Source of the DNA: a virus
IMG/VR virus record: IMGVR_UViG_3300047478_000258
Span: 6,566 to 70,565 of that record
DNA: 64,000 bases
Strand: one strand, 5' to 3'
Shown here one piece after another: positions 18,463 through 27,455 of this stretch (the first letter of the stretch is position 1; each line of letters begins with the position of its first letter). The notes beneath the pieces are model-generated. The model saw only the letters and a list, made by a program, of their open reading frames with translations, searched no databases and had not been told where the DNA came from. A program made the translations under genes and the position numbers.

Positions 18463-18491
18463 TTGACTTTGCCTAATGAGAGTGCTATGAT
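18463..18491 (+). promoter_or_regulatory. Sigma70 promoter TTGACT-17-TATGAT with extended TG, leaderless
   Basis: ATG at 18497 lies 5 nt after the -10 box; heads the rightward operon. Confidence 0.75.
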
Positions 18492-18496
18492 TAGGC

Positions 18497-18790
18497 ATGG
18501 AAACAGAGAATATAGACATAGCTCAGTTCTATATATCTATAAGGGTAGATGAGCATGATATTACATATAATAAAAGCATGATAACCCGCAGGCTTATGGA
18601 TGAGATAGAGAAGGGGTTTATTCATGTATCTAATGTAGTTATGGAGAGAAGGCTAGATGAGAGTAGTTTTGCTTCTACATATACTGTATCTTTCAGAGGA
18701 GCCCGCAAACCGAAGGGGTATAACAACATATGGGAGCATAATATGATAAAGCCAGTCTTACCAGATGAGAACATGGGGATGATATTCTAA
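18497..18790 (+). CDS. Hypothetical protein (C-terminus PDENMGMIF)
   Basis: 97-aa ORF. Confidence 0.7.
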   Translation: METENIDIAQFYISIRVDEHDITYNKSMITRRLMDEIEKGFIHVSNVVMERRLDESSFASTYTVSFRGARKPKGYNNIWEHNMIKPVLPDENMGMIF

Positions 18791-18800
18791 AGGAGGAGAT

Positions 18801-19058
18801 ATGCTGTTAGAGAATAGGATAAACCAGGTAGGAGATGTATATGTATATTTATCAAGGAAATACCCAGATTTTCCCAGAAGGGTCTCTTTCAACGAGTTTT
18901 GGTGTCTTATCTATGATGGATTTCTTGAGACTCATACTATGCACAGCACTAAGATAATGTCTACAGAGTTTAAAGAAGCAGCTGATATTCTTGGGTTATC
19001 AGTAGCCTACCCCTATTTTGGTAGGATATCTTTTGAGAATCTGCAGATGGAGGTGTAA
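18801..19058 (+). CDS. Hypothetical protein
   Basis: 85-aa ORF, AGGAGG RBS. Confidence 0.65.
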   Translation: MLLENRINQVGDVYVYLSRKYPDFPRRVSFNEFWCLIYDGFLETHTMHSTKIMSTEFKEAADILGLSVAYPYFGRISFENLQMEV

Positions 19059-19059
19059 A

Positions 19060-19524
19060 ATGCCAGAAGAAGAGAGTCTAGATAATATAACTTTTACAGT
19101 AACATCAGATAACACTATTTCCCCTGACTCTTATACTGTTATTCCTAACAGACTGGAAAACCAGTATACTCATGCTCCTAATACTGCTACAGGAGTAGCC
19201 CAGCAGCAGTGGTTGTCTCCTCCTACTAGTAATGTATATGGTTACCCAGGACATGTTATTTATAATCCTTTGGGTACTCAGCCTATTATTCAATATCCAA
19301 GTCAAAATCCTTTCAACCAGAATGCAAGGGAACTGCAGGATAGGTATAACCAGTCTATGCAGAGACAGATGAATAATATGATTCCTGGATATGATGAAGC
19401 AGTAAGAAGAGCTGTTCAGGAACTTTCAGATACCATAGAGGATAATCTTGTTCAGGAGTATATGGAGCAGGACAGACTTGCAAAGAAGGCAATGCCAAAT
19501 GACGGATTCAATATCATCTATTAA
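19060..19524 (+). CDS. Q/N/P-rich hypothetical protein (C-terminus PNDGFNIIY)
   Basis: GGAGG RBS before ATG 19060. Confidence 0.65.
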   Translation: MPEEESLDNITFTVTSDNTISPDSYTVIPNRLENQYTHAPNTATGVAQQQWLSPPTSNVYGYPGHVIYNPLGTQPIIQYPSQNPFNQNARELQDRYNQSMQRQMNNMIPGYDEAVRRAVQELSDTIEDNLVQEYMEQDRLAKKAMPNDGFNIIY

Positions 19525-19696
19525 ATACAGGTTACCTATCACTTTGGAAGACGTAGCCAAAGAAGCTGGGGTTACCATGCATATGATCTATTCAGATATA
19601 AAGAGGGGAAAGTTGACAAAGGAGAAGCTATCCTCTATAGTTGATTATGTAAATAACCATAAGCAGCAGTTACAGCAGAAATCTTTCAACATATAG
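19499..19696 (+). CDS. Minimal HTH DNA-binding protein with LacI-like first helix
   Basis: ITLEDVAKEAGVTMHMIYSDIKRGKL. Confidence 0.65.
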   Translation: MTDSISSIKYRLPITLEDVAKEAGVTMHMIYSDIKRGKLTKEKLSSIVDYVNNHKQQLQQKSFNI

Positions 19697-19706
19697 GAGG
19701 GAGTAT

Positions 19707-19853
19707 ATGCCTGCAGTCAAAAAGGGAGAGAAGAGAAACGACTATGTCAGTAGATGTATTCCCACTGTTATGAAAGAAGGAAAAGATCAGAAAGCAGCAG
19801 TTGGTAAATGTGAAGGTATGTTTACCAATAAGTATGGTCAGAAAAAGAAATAA
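19707..19853 (+). CDS. 48-aa basic protein (MPAVKKGEKRNDYVSRCIP...)
   Basis: Translated by hand; AGGAGG RBS. Confidence 0.65.
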   Translation: MPAVKKGEKRNDYVSRCIPTVMKEGKDQKAAVGKCEGMFTNKYGQKKK

Positions 19854-19867
19854 AGGAGGTGATCTAA

Positions 19868-19918
19868 ATGGCTTGTGCTCCTAAGAAGAAGGGTGGAAAG
19901 AAACCCCCTAAGTGTTAG
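19868..19918 (+). CDS. 16-aa peptide MACAPKKKGGKKPPKC
   Basis: AGGAGGT RBS; stop abuts the palindrome. Confidence 0.45.
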   Translation: MACAPKKKGGKKPPKC

Positions 19919-19932
19919 TGAAAACGTTTTCA
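19919..19932. repeat. TGAAAACGTTTTCA palindrome 10
   Basis: Immediately after a stop; upstream of the Acb2/Tad1-like gene. Confidence 0.95.
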
Positions 19933-19965
19933 GCTGTACACTCTGTATAATAATAAGGAGAGAAG

Positions 19966-20181
19966 ATGGAATTAATTGATTACCCAGTAGAGAACAATTT
20001 TAAGTATCATGCTCCAAAAGGAGATCAGCCAGAGAAGTATGTAGCACTCAGGGAAAAAGCTAAAGAGCTTGCCTATTTGATTATAGAAAAATGCCCTCCT
20101 AGCAGGGAAAGATCTGTAGCTTTAACTAATCTAGAAGACTCTGTTATGTGGGCAAACGCTTCCATAGCAAGAAATGAGTAA
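19966..20181 (+). CDS. Acb2/Tad1-hairpin family protein (putative anti-defence nucleotide sponge)
   Basis: FKYHAP...CPPSRERSVALTNLEDSVMWANASIARN resembles the Tad1 SRE..ALT..EEA.MW.N helix. Confidence 0.65.
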   Translation: MELIDYPVENNFKYHAPKGDQPEKYVALREKAKELAYLIIEKCPPSRERSVALTNLEDSVMWANASIARNE

Positions 20182-20195
20182 AAAAGGAGAGTAAA

Positions 20196-20348
20196 ATGGC
20201 ATTCCCACCGAAGAAAGCAGCACCAACAAAGAAAGCAGCACTCCCTGGAACAGCACCTTTCGCAGCTCCACAGATGGGAAAGTTTCCTCCAGTACCAGCA
20301 GGAACAGGTATGCCTGCTAAGAAACCATTTCCTTCAAAGAAAAAGTGA
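20196..20348 (+). CDS. 50-aa Pro/Lys/Ala-rich peptide
   Basis: MAFPPKKAAPTKKAALPG...; AAGGAG RBS. Confidence 0.55.
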   Translation: MAFPPKKAAPTKKAALPGTAPFAAPQMGKFPPVPAGTGMPAKKPFPSKKK

Positions 20349-22148
20349 TTGGCTAAATCTCTCGGCAAGAAAGTAACGATTAAGTCTGCACAGGATCAGA
20401 ATACTCCTCCAACCCCTAATGATCCTGTGCAGGCTGCCGCACTGTCTAACTTCATTGTCAACTCTATGGTTGACTTTAACCTCTTCTCCTCCAGATTCCT
20501 CAAGATACAGACTAAGATAGGTGAGCTCAAGGACTTTGAGATCAATGAAGTTCAGGCTCTGATAGAACAGATCATTACAGAGATAAGAGAGAAGAAGAGA
20601 CTCGTAAGACTGGTTATTCTTAAGTCACGTAGAAAAGGTATCTCTACATGGGTATCTGGGAGATTCTTCTGGAAGACTATTACCAAGAAGAACCACTACT
20701 CCATGATAGTTACCCATGAGCCAGAGGCTACTGACTTTATCTTCAAGATGCACAAGAGATTCCTAGACCATCTCCCTGAGATACTCAAGCCCTCAGAGAG
20801 ATACAATAATAAAAGAATGCTTGAGTTCAACGACCAGAATGGTACTGGTCTGGATTCTTCAGTTAAAGTTGGGACAGCAGGGAAGGAAGACTTTGGATCT
20901 GGACAGCTTATACATGACTTACATTTATCTGAGTTAGCCAAGTATCCTTCATATACCTGTACTCCTCTCCTGCTGTCTCTCTTTCAGTGTGTACCTGAGC
21001 ACCCAGATACAGAGATAATTATAGAGTCTACTGCCAAAGGAATAGGTGGTGAGTTCTATGACAGATACTGGAGTTCAAGATATCGCTATGAATTCTACCT
21101 CGATCCAGAGGGAAATCCTACTTACAGGGAGACTATCAATGAGGATTCTTCAGAAGACAATGAGTTTTCATCTCTATTCATACCTTGGTTTGTTTTTAAA
21201 GAATACCAACAAGAGCCTAAAGGAACGCTTACATATACTGATGAAGAGCTGGAGCTCATCAAAAACCACCATGTAACAGACAGGCAGTTAGCTTGGAGGC
21301 GTTGGTGCATAGTAAATAAATGTAATGAAGATGTATCTTTGTTTAATCAGGAATACCCAGCTACTGCTATGGAAGCATTTATCTCTTCCTCTGATAATAT
21401 CTTTGATATCAGATTACTGCAGGAGAAGATAAAAGTTGCTCCAGCACCTAAAGCTATATACTCTGTAAATACAGTGACAGGAATTTTGGTAGCAGATCCT
21501 AAAGGGAAGTTAAAAGTCTGGGATGAACCTAAACCCTCCAGACAGTACATGGTATCTGGAGATCCTGCAGAAGGTATTGTAGGAAAGGACTTCTCTTCTT
21601 TAGATGTAGTAGATGTCCTAACAGGTAAACAGGTAGCTCACTACCATGCAACTGTTCCTCCTGACCTTTTTGGGTTTATCTCCTTACAGATAGCAAGAAG
21701 ATATAATAATGCCCAGATAGTAATAGAGAGAAACAACCATGGTCTTACAGTAATAGATAAGATTATTGATTTGGGGTATACCAACCTATATGCTGAGATG
21801 GTTATTGAACCTCCTGCAAGACCAAGAAAAAGATATGGCTGGCTTACCTCTAAAGTATCCAAGCCAAGGATAATAGATAATCTCATTGCTGAGTTCAGAG
21901 AGAACTTGGATGGGATAGTATGCAAGGAAACTTTGGAAGAGATGCTCTTCTTTAAACAGCATGAAGACATGACTCTGGGAGCAGAGGAAGGTCACAAGGA
22001 TGACAGAGTGATTTCTATAGCAATCGCTAAGTATGTCATAACCAAGTTACCTGTCACGAAAAACAGAGTTAGAATTGCTTTAAATGCTGCCAACTCCTAT
22101 ACTACTCAAAGAAAACAACAGGGAGTAAGTTCTGCGTCATGGACATGA
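20349..22148 (+). CDS. terL: Terminase large subunit
   Basis: LKSRRKGIST Walker A, HLSE Walker B, IESTAKG; RNase H-like GDPAEG, ERNNHG and HKDDRV. Confidence 0.95.
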   Translation: MAKSLGKKVTIKSAQDQNTPPTPNDPVQAAALSNFIVNSMVDFNLFSSRFLKIQTKIGELKDFEINEVQALIEQIITEIREKKRLVRLVILKSRRKGISTWVSGRFFWKTITKKNHYSMIVTHEPEATDFIFKMHKRFLDHLPEILKPSERYNNKRMLEFNDQNGTGLDSSVKVGTAGKEDFGSGQLIHDLHLSELAKYPSYTCTPLLLSLFQCVPEHPDTEIIIESTAKGIGGEFYDRYWSSRYRYEFYLDPEGNPTYRETINEDSSEDNEFSSLFIPWFVFKEYQQEPKGTLTYTDEELELIKNHHVTDRQLAWRRWCIVNKCNEDVSLFNQEYPATAMEAFISSSDNIFDIRLLQEKIKVAPAPKAIYSVNTVTGILVADPKGKLKVWDEPKPSRQYMVSGDPAEGIVGKDFSSLDVVDVLTGKQVAHYHATVPPDLFGFISLQIARRYNNAQIVIERNNHGLTVIDKIIDLGYTNLYAEMVIEPPARPRKRYGWLTSKVSKPRIIDNLIAEFRENLDGIVCKETLEEMLFFKQHEDMTLGAEEGHKDDRVISIAIAKYVITKLPVTKNRVRIALNAANSYTTQRKQQGVSSASWT

Positions 22149-22161
22149 GGAGGATACTTAA

Positions 22162-24264
22162 TTGGTACAATTTATTAACAACGAGCAGTTGGATCAGGAA
22201 CAAGCTATAACGGACCAAGAACTTGCACCACCAGCCCCTGAGTTCAGCACATCGGACTTAGCAAATTATGTAAGAAAGAATTGGTCTCAAGCTTATCAAC
22301 ACGCCTCTACAGTTCAAACCCGCTTACTTGCAAACCTAAGAAACTTCAACTCAATATATGAACCAGCTAAACTTGCAGAGATACGCAAGATGGTGGGCTC
22401 TGAAGTATTTATTCCTCTTACTGCAACGAAAGTAAATGCAGCTGTTGCATGGCTAATGGATATCTACTTCAATCCTGCAGGAGATAAACCGTGGGATTTG
22501 GATTCCACCCCTATCCCTGAACTGCCACTCTCTACAGAAGAAGAGATACGTGGGGAAGTTCTAAACGAAGTAATGCAGGTAGTAGTTCAGTATGCACGGA
22601 TGACCCAGCAAGATCCCCTTCAGTTAATGAACAAATACAAGCCCCAGATTCTGGATAGAGTATTTTTTAAACTCAGGGAAGTATCCCAGGATGCTATAGA
22701 AGATCTGAAAAGAGCTATAGACGACCAGCTTACAGAAGGTGGTTTCTACCCTGAGCTTAAAAGATGCATTATGGATGTTGTTATCTATGAATTCTCCTGC
22801 CTGAAGGGTCCAATTTACAGAAAAGAGAAGTATTTCAAAAGAATCCTCAACCCTATGACTGGTACATACTCCAATTCTATAGAAGAGAAGACAAAACCAG
22901 TATATGAAAGACGCTCCCCTTTCAATATATTCATTGAACCAGGGTCAGAGCACGTAAATAATGGGTATGTTTTCGACCTTTTATCCTATAAACTGAAAGA
23001 TTTATACGATATGATAGGTCTTGAAGGGTTCAAAGAAGAGGAAATAAGGGAAGTAATACAGAGATATAAAGATGGTAGACTCACAGAATGGACGAATTCC
23101 CTCACAGATATTAAGAATGAGAAGTCAAGAAGCACTCTTTCCACCTATGAACCCAAAGATACAGTAGATATTCTTGAGTTTTGGGGCTCTATAAATGGTC
23201 AATACCTGCTGGATTGGGGTATGACTGAGTTTGATATAGAAGATCCTGACAAATACTATGATGTTTGTGTCTGGTTGGTAGGTGAAGTAGTCATAAAAGC
23301 CATGTTAAACCCCGATCCTATGGGAAGAAAGCCCTTCCATATCACCTCATACATCAAGAATAACGATGCTGTTGTAGGTGGGAAGGGTTTATCTACTCTT
23401 TTAGAGGCTTTTCAGCTAATTTGTAACGCAATAGCAAGAGCAATCGTCAATAATGCTGCTATTTCCTCTGGTCCACTCGTAGAATACAACGAAGATAGAA
23501 TGGCTCCTGGCTATGACCCTGTTTTATACCCTTGGAAGACCTTTCCATCCACTGGTGGAGCTATGTCTGATTCCCCTGCAGTCAGATTTTATCAGGCACA
23601 GCCTGTTTCAGAGCAATTACTCAGAGTTTATGACTATTTCTCCAAATTAGCTGACCAATATTCAATCCCTTCCTATGCTCATGGTGATACCAAGGTAGGA
23701 GGTGGAGGTGATACAGCTTCTGGTCTCTCCATGCTCATGAATTCTGCAGATAGAGTTATCAAAAATGTAGTAAAGAACTTTGATGAGCTGATTGCTTCTG
23801 GAATAGAGCTTCTTTACCTTTATAATATGTCTTTCAATGAAGAGGCTTTTGATTATATAGGTGATGTAAGGATAGTTGCCCGTGGATCTGCAGCTCTTTT
23901 ACAGAAAGAACAACAGCAGGTTCGTAGAACTGAGTTCCTGCAGATGACAAATAACCCTGTTGATCTGCAGATTTTGGGACAAGAAGTACGGAGAGAACTC
24001 TTACTTGAAGTTGCGAATTCACTGAATCTTGAGTCTGTAACCAAGAAGTTCCCTATAGTAGATGAGATAGATGAACTTAAACTTGAGATTGAAAAGATCA
24101 TGGTAAATGCTCAGGCTCAGATAGCAAGCCAGCAGAATGCAGCAGGGGGTCCACCTCCTAAAGGACCACAGACATTAGATCAAGCTGGTAATCCTGCTTC
24201 TGGTCAAGAAACCAGATTAGTTACCCAAGAACAAGCTCCTCAGCAGAGGGCAGAGATAGCATGA
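22162..24264 (+). CDS. Portal protein
   Basis: 700 aa directly after terL; TASGLSMLM motif. Confidence 0.88.
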   Translation: MVQFINNEQLDQEQAITDQELAPPAPEFSTSDLANYVRKNWSQAYQHASTVQTRLLANLRNFNSIYEPAKLAEIRKMVGSEVFIPLTATKVNAAVAWLMDIYFNPAGDKPWDLDSTPIPELPLSTEEEIRGEVLNEVMQVVVQYARMTQQDPLQLMNKYKPQILDRVFFKLREVSQDAIEDLKRAIDDQLTEGGFYPELKRCIMDVVIYEFSCLKGPIYRKEKYFKRILNPMTGTYSNSIEEKTKPVYERRSPFNIFIEPGSEHVNNGYVFDLLSYKLKDLYDMIGLEGFKEEEIREVIQRYKDGRLTEWTNSLTDIKNEKSRSTLSTYEPKDTVDILEFWGSINGQYLLDWGMTEFDIEDPDKYYDVCVWLVGEVVIKAMLNPDPMGRKPFHITSYIKNNDAVVGGKGLSTLLEAFQLICNAIARAIVNNAAISSGPLVEYNEDRMAPGYDPVLYPWKTFPSTGGAMSDSPAVRFYQAQPVSEQLLRVYDYFSKLADQYSIPSYAHGDTKVGGGGDTASGLSMLMNSADRVIKNVVKNFDELIASGIELLYLYNMSFNEEAFDYIGDVRIVARGSAALLQKEQQQVRRTEFLQMTNNPVDLQILGQEVRRELLLEVANSLNLESVTKKFPIVDEIDELKLEIEKIMVNAQAQIASQQNAAGGPPPKGPQTLDQAGNPASGQETRLVTQEQAPQQRAEIA

Positions 24265-24518
24265 AGCAGCCATCTAAAGATGTACTGGAATCAATAGCAA
24301 ATCTCAAAGCTCTCCAATTACCTGACTTTGATAAGTTATATAGTTGGGTAGTAGACAGCTACAATGACATAGAGAAAATTACTTTAGAGACCCCAAAAGC
24401 TGAAAACGTTTTCACTCACTGGGTAGCCCTCGGTAATCTTCAAGTTCTCAAGACAATTCTTGACACGATAGATGGAGTAGAAGACAAGCTCATGAGATTA
24501 AAAGTAGGTAATAGATAA
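24261..24518 (+). CDS. Small post-portal protein
   Basis: 85-aa ORF coupled to portal. Confidence 0.7.
   Translation: MKQPSKDVLESIANLKALQLPDFDKLYSWVVDSYNDIEKITLETPKAENVFTHWVALGNLQVLKTILDTIDGVEDKLMRLKVGNR
24401..24414. repeat. TGAAAACGTTTTCA palindrome 11
   Basis: Intragenic (ENVF). Confidence 0.95.
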
Positions 24519-24669
24519 TGATAGATTACAACGAATTCTTTATCTGGGCTTACCAAATGATAAAAACAAAATGGTGTGCTGATAAGAAATGTAAAGAGCA
24601 TCTTAAATATGATGGACCAACAGCCTTCAATGAAGACTGCCAAAATTGCTTTAATAGGAGGAAAGAATC

Positions 24670-25041
24670 ATGAAGTACTTTTTACTCGTAGTCTTAATCG
24701 CACTTATCGTTACAACAGTATGGGATGGAAATGCTGAAGCTGCTTCAGTACCTCTCACATGGGATGCTCCTATTACTAATGCAGATGGGACACCTATTAC
24801 CAATTTTGTTGGTGGATACAGAATCTACCGTGGAACAGTAACTGGAACTTATACCACAAACACAACATTTACTAATCCAGCAGCTACAGTAACCACTAAC
24901 GTAACAGGACTTACTAATGGAACTCTTTACTTCTTTGTAGTAACAGCTGTCAATACCTTTGGTAATGAGAGTGGATATAGTAATGAAGTATCAAAGGTGG
25001 CAGTTGAAGCTACTCCAGGTAAGGCAACAAATTTAAGATGA
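24670..25041 (+). CDS. Signal peptide plus fibronectin type III domain protein
   Basis: AEA cleavage site; LTWDAP..GYRIY..VTGL..GTLYFFVVTAVN..GNES.YSNEV. Confidence 0.85.
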   Translation: MKYFLLVVLIALIVTTVWDGNAEAASVPLTWDAPITNADGTPITNFVGGYRIYRGTVTGTYTTNTTFTNPAATVTTNVTGLTNGTLYFFVVTAVNTFGNESGYSNEVSKVAVEATPGKATNLR

Positions 25042-25370
25042 GAACCCTCATAATCTTCCTTCTATTAACAGGATCTGCATTTGCAGCTGATCTTAACTGG
25101 CTCTGTGATCCACCAACTACCAATGACGATGGTCGTCCTCTTACAGATACTCCACTGACATTTGAGTGGACTTATGAACAGACAGGAGATAAGAAACCTA
25201 CATTTCGCACTACCACTACCTGTGCATTAACAGTGACTGGAGCTAAAGGTGGTGCTCAAGTCTGTGCAAATGTTGTCGTTGTAAATGCACTGGGGAGTAA
25301 GAGTGTATCAGCTGGTCAGCTTTGTAAGAAGGTAACAAAATCCACCCCAAGTAAAGCTACTTGGAAATAA
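25038..25370 (+). CDS. Second exported Fn3/Ig-like protein
   Basis: AFA signal peptide; DPPTTNDDG.PLT parallels previous ORF. Confidence 0.65.
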   Translation: MRTLIIFLLLTGSAFAADLNWLCDPPTTNDDGRPLTDTPLTFEWTYEQTGDKKPTFRTTTTCALTVTGAKGGAQVCANVVVVNALGSKSVSAGQLCKKVTKSTPSKATWK

Positions 25371-25379
25371 GGAGGAATC

Positions 25380-25511
25380 ATGTTTATTTTAGGATTTATC
25401 TTAGGTCTTGCTGTAGGTGGTGGGGTAATGGCATTTGTCTATTACAAGAATAAAACCAAGATGGATGCTCTTGTAGAAGACCTTCTTGCTAAGGCTAATT
25501 CAAAAGAATGA
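25380..25511 (+). CDS. 43-aa single-TM protein
   Basis: MFILGFILGLAVGGGVMAFVYY; AGGAGG RBS. Confidence 0.6.
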   Translation: MFILGFILGLAVGGGVMAFVYYKNKTKMDALVEDLLAKANSKE

Positions 25512-25945
25512 AAACTAATGAAGCTGGGCAGAGATTGATTAAAGAATTTGAAGGGCTATCCCTTAAAGCATACCTCTGTCCAGCTAACGTATTAACAATA
25601 GGGTATGGGCATACTGGACCCGATGTAACTCCTGGTCTTGAGATTACAATGTCAGATGCTGACTATTTACTGAGGAAAGACTTAGAGGAGTTTGAAAATG
25701 TCGTGGAGAACGAAGTATTGGTTCCGCTTACTGATAATCAGTTTGCTGCCCTTGTCTCTTTTACTTATAATGTTGGCAGTGATGCACTACATAAATCTAC
25801 TCTTCTACGCCTTCTAAATAGTGGAGATTATGTGGGTGCTTCTGGACAGTTTATCCGCTGGGATAAAGTAAATGGTAAGCCTCTTAATGGGCTTAGAAGA
25901 CGAAGAATTAAGGAAACAGAACTTTTCCTAGAGGGGATACTATAA
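25508..25945 (+). CDS. Endolysin, GH24 lysozyme
   Basis: FEGLSLKAYLCPANVLTIGYGHT, NQFAALVSFTYNVG, GLRRRR..E..LF. Confidence 0.95.
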   Translation: MKTNEAGQRLIKEFEGLSLKAYLCPANVLTIGYGHTGPDVTPGLEITMSDADYLLRKDLEEFENVVENEVLVPLTDNQFAALVSFTYNVGSDALHKSTLLRLLNSGDYVGASGQFIRWDKVNGKPLNGLRRRRIKETELFLEGIL

Positions 25946-26256
25946 TGTTATCAATCTTAAAAGTTCCTTATGAGAGGAAAGCAGATAGCTCTGAGGATAT
26001 AGTTAGCCTAAGAAGACTGATTGCTTTCATTGCCCTTGTAGCCATGACCATTGCATTTATCGCTATGGGACTTGGTAGATTAATGACTTGGCAGTTGATG
26101 ATAGCCTATCCATTTGGTCTTCTTATGGTTAGAATGATCTTCTACAAAATAGAGATGACTTCTGAAGTTGTAGTAAAAGTAATTAATGCATGGAGGGGAG
26201 TCCCTCAGACTGTAATACCAACTCAAGTAATAACTCCTCCTACGGGTGGAGTTTAA
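25945..26256 (+). CDS. Putative holin
   Basis: Two TM helices, next to endolysin. Confidence 0.6.
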   Translation: MLSILKVPYERKADSSEDIVSLRRLIAFIALVAMTIAFIAMGLGRLMTWQLMIAYPFGLLMVRMIFYKIEMTSEVVVKVINAWRGVPQTVIPTQVITPPTGGV

Positions 26257-26642
26257 TGGCGACTTCTGAGTGGTTATCACATGACAGTATGGTTGGTATC
26301 GTTATCTCTTTTGTTACTCTAAGCCTTGCAGCACTTGGATGGTTTGCAAAGAAGTGGGTAGTTAAGGTTGAAGAAGATATTAAGTTAAGGGTAACAAAAG
26401 ATATTTGTGAAAGTGAACATACTAAGCAGGAAGAATTAGGATCAAAGGAAGAGAAGATACGTAAAGAACGTAGGGAGACTGATAGAGAAAAAATGGAAGA
26501 GTTTATTCTTGGAGTAAAAGAACAGAGAGCAATAAATAAAAAACTTATTGATGATTTGTCTACAGATCTTAGGCAACTTGAAAAGAGGTTTAATGACCAT
26601 ATGGATGCCGTTAGAGATATGTTGATGAAGGATTGCCAATGA
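26256..26642 (+). CDS. TM plus coiled-coil protein (lysis module)
   Basis: N-terminal TM, charged coiled coil. Confidence 0.6.
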   Translation: MATSEWLSHDSMVGIVISFVTLSLAALGWFAKKWVVKVEEDIKLRVTKDICESEHTKQEELGSKEEKIRKERRETDREKMEEFILGVKEQRAINKKLIDDLSTDLRQLEKRFNDHMDAVRDMLMKDCQ

Positions 26643-27109
26643 GAGAATATATGAAAGAGCATCCAATGAAAATAGCCTTCTTATTCTACTGGATACTTGT
26701 TTTCATTTTAGTCTATTTTTTAATAGTAGCATTTTATCCTTTCAAGATATTTGAAATGGTAGAACCTATTACAATTATAGAACCAGCATATGCTGGTGAA
26801 GTAGCTTTCTATAAAGTTCATTATAAGAAGTATAGACAGGTTTCTGCAAGAGTAAGTAAGCAGTTAGTGAATGGTGTGAATATTGCTTTTGCTGAAGTAG
26901 TGGTTAATGCTCCAGTAGGTGAGAATGATTTAGGAGGATACTTACCTATTCCTGAATATGCAAAACCAGGAACACATACACTGATTTGGACAGTGACATA
27001 TGTTATGCACTTTCCTTTCTATGATAGGGATATAGAGTATAGACATGAAAGCAAACCTTTTACGATATTACCATCAAGGAGGCCAAATGCTCGGTTTACT
27101 GTTAAATAA
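26633..27109 (+). CDS. Membrane-anchored hypothetical protein
   Basis: N-terminal TM then beta-rich domain. Confidence 0.6.
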   Translation: MPMREYMKEHPMKIAFLFYWILVFILVYFLIVAFYPFKIFEMVEPITIIEPAYAGEVAFYKVHYKKYRQVSARVSKQLVNGVNIAFAEVVVNAPVGENDLGGYLPIPEYAKPGTHTLIWTVTYVMHFPFYDRDIEYRHESKPFTILPSRRPNARFTVK

Positions 27110-27455
27110 ATGGGTCTGGATTGCATTAGTCATAGGTGGTCTTATGACTACTATATGGATACAGGGTATTAGAGTAAAGAGTGCTAAGGCTGAAGTAGCT
27201 AAACTTTCTGTTGCAGTGGAGGCACTTCAAAATGCTAATGAAAGTAACATGACTACTATAGGAGAACTTAAGAATGAGAGTGAAAAACTTATGAAGTCCT
27301 ATGAATCCAGACTTAAACAGAAAGATAAATCTATTCAAGATGCAATAAGAATTTGTAATCTATCTCCTGTTGGATTAGGGAAAGGAGGAACTAATGCGTC
27401 ACCTACTGATGATCCTGTTTTGCTTGAGCTTAATCAGTTGTTCCCTGGCAACTAA
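27087..27455 (+). CDS. i-spanin (Rz-like)
   Basis: N-terminal TM plus coiled coil; overlaps lipoprotein ORF. Confidence 0.75.
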   Translation: MLGLLLNKWVWIALVIGGLMTTIWIQGIRVKSAKAEVAKLSVAVEALQNANESNMTTIGELKNESEKLMKSYESRLKQKDKSIQDAIRICNLSPVGLGKGGTNASPTDDPVLLELNQLFPGN

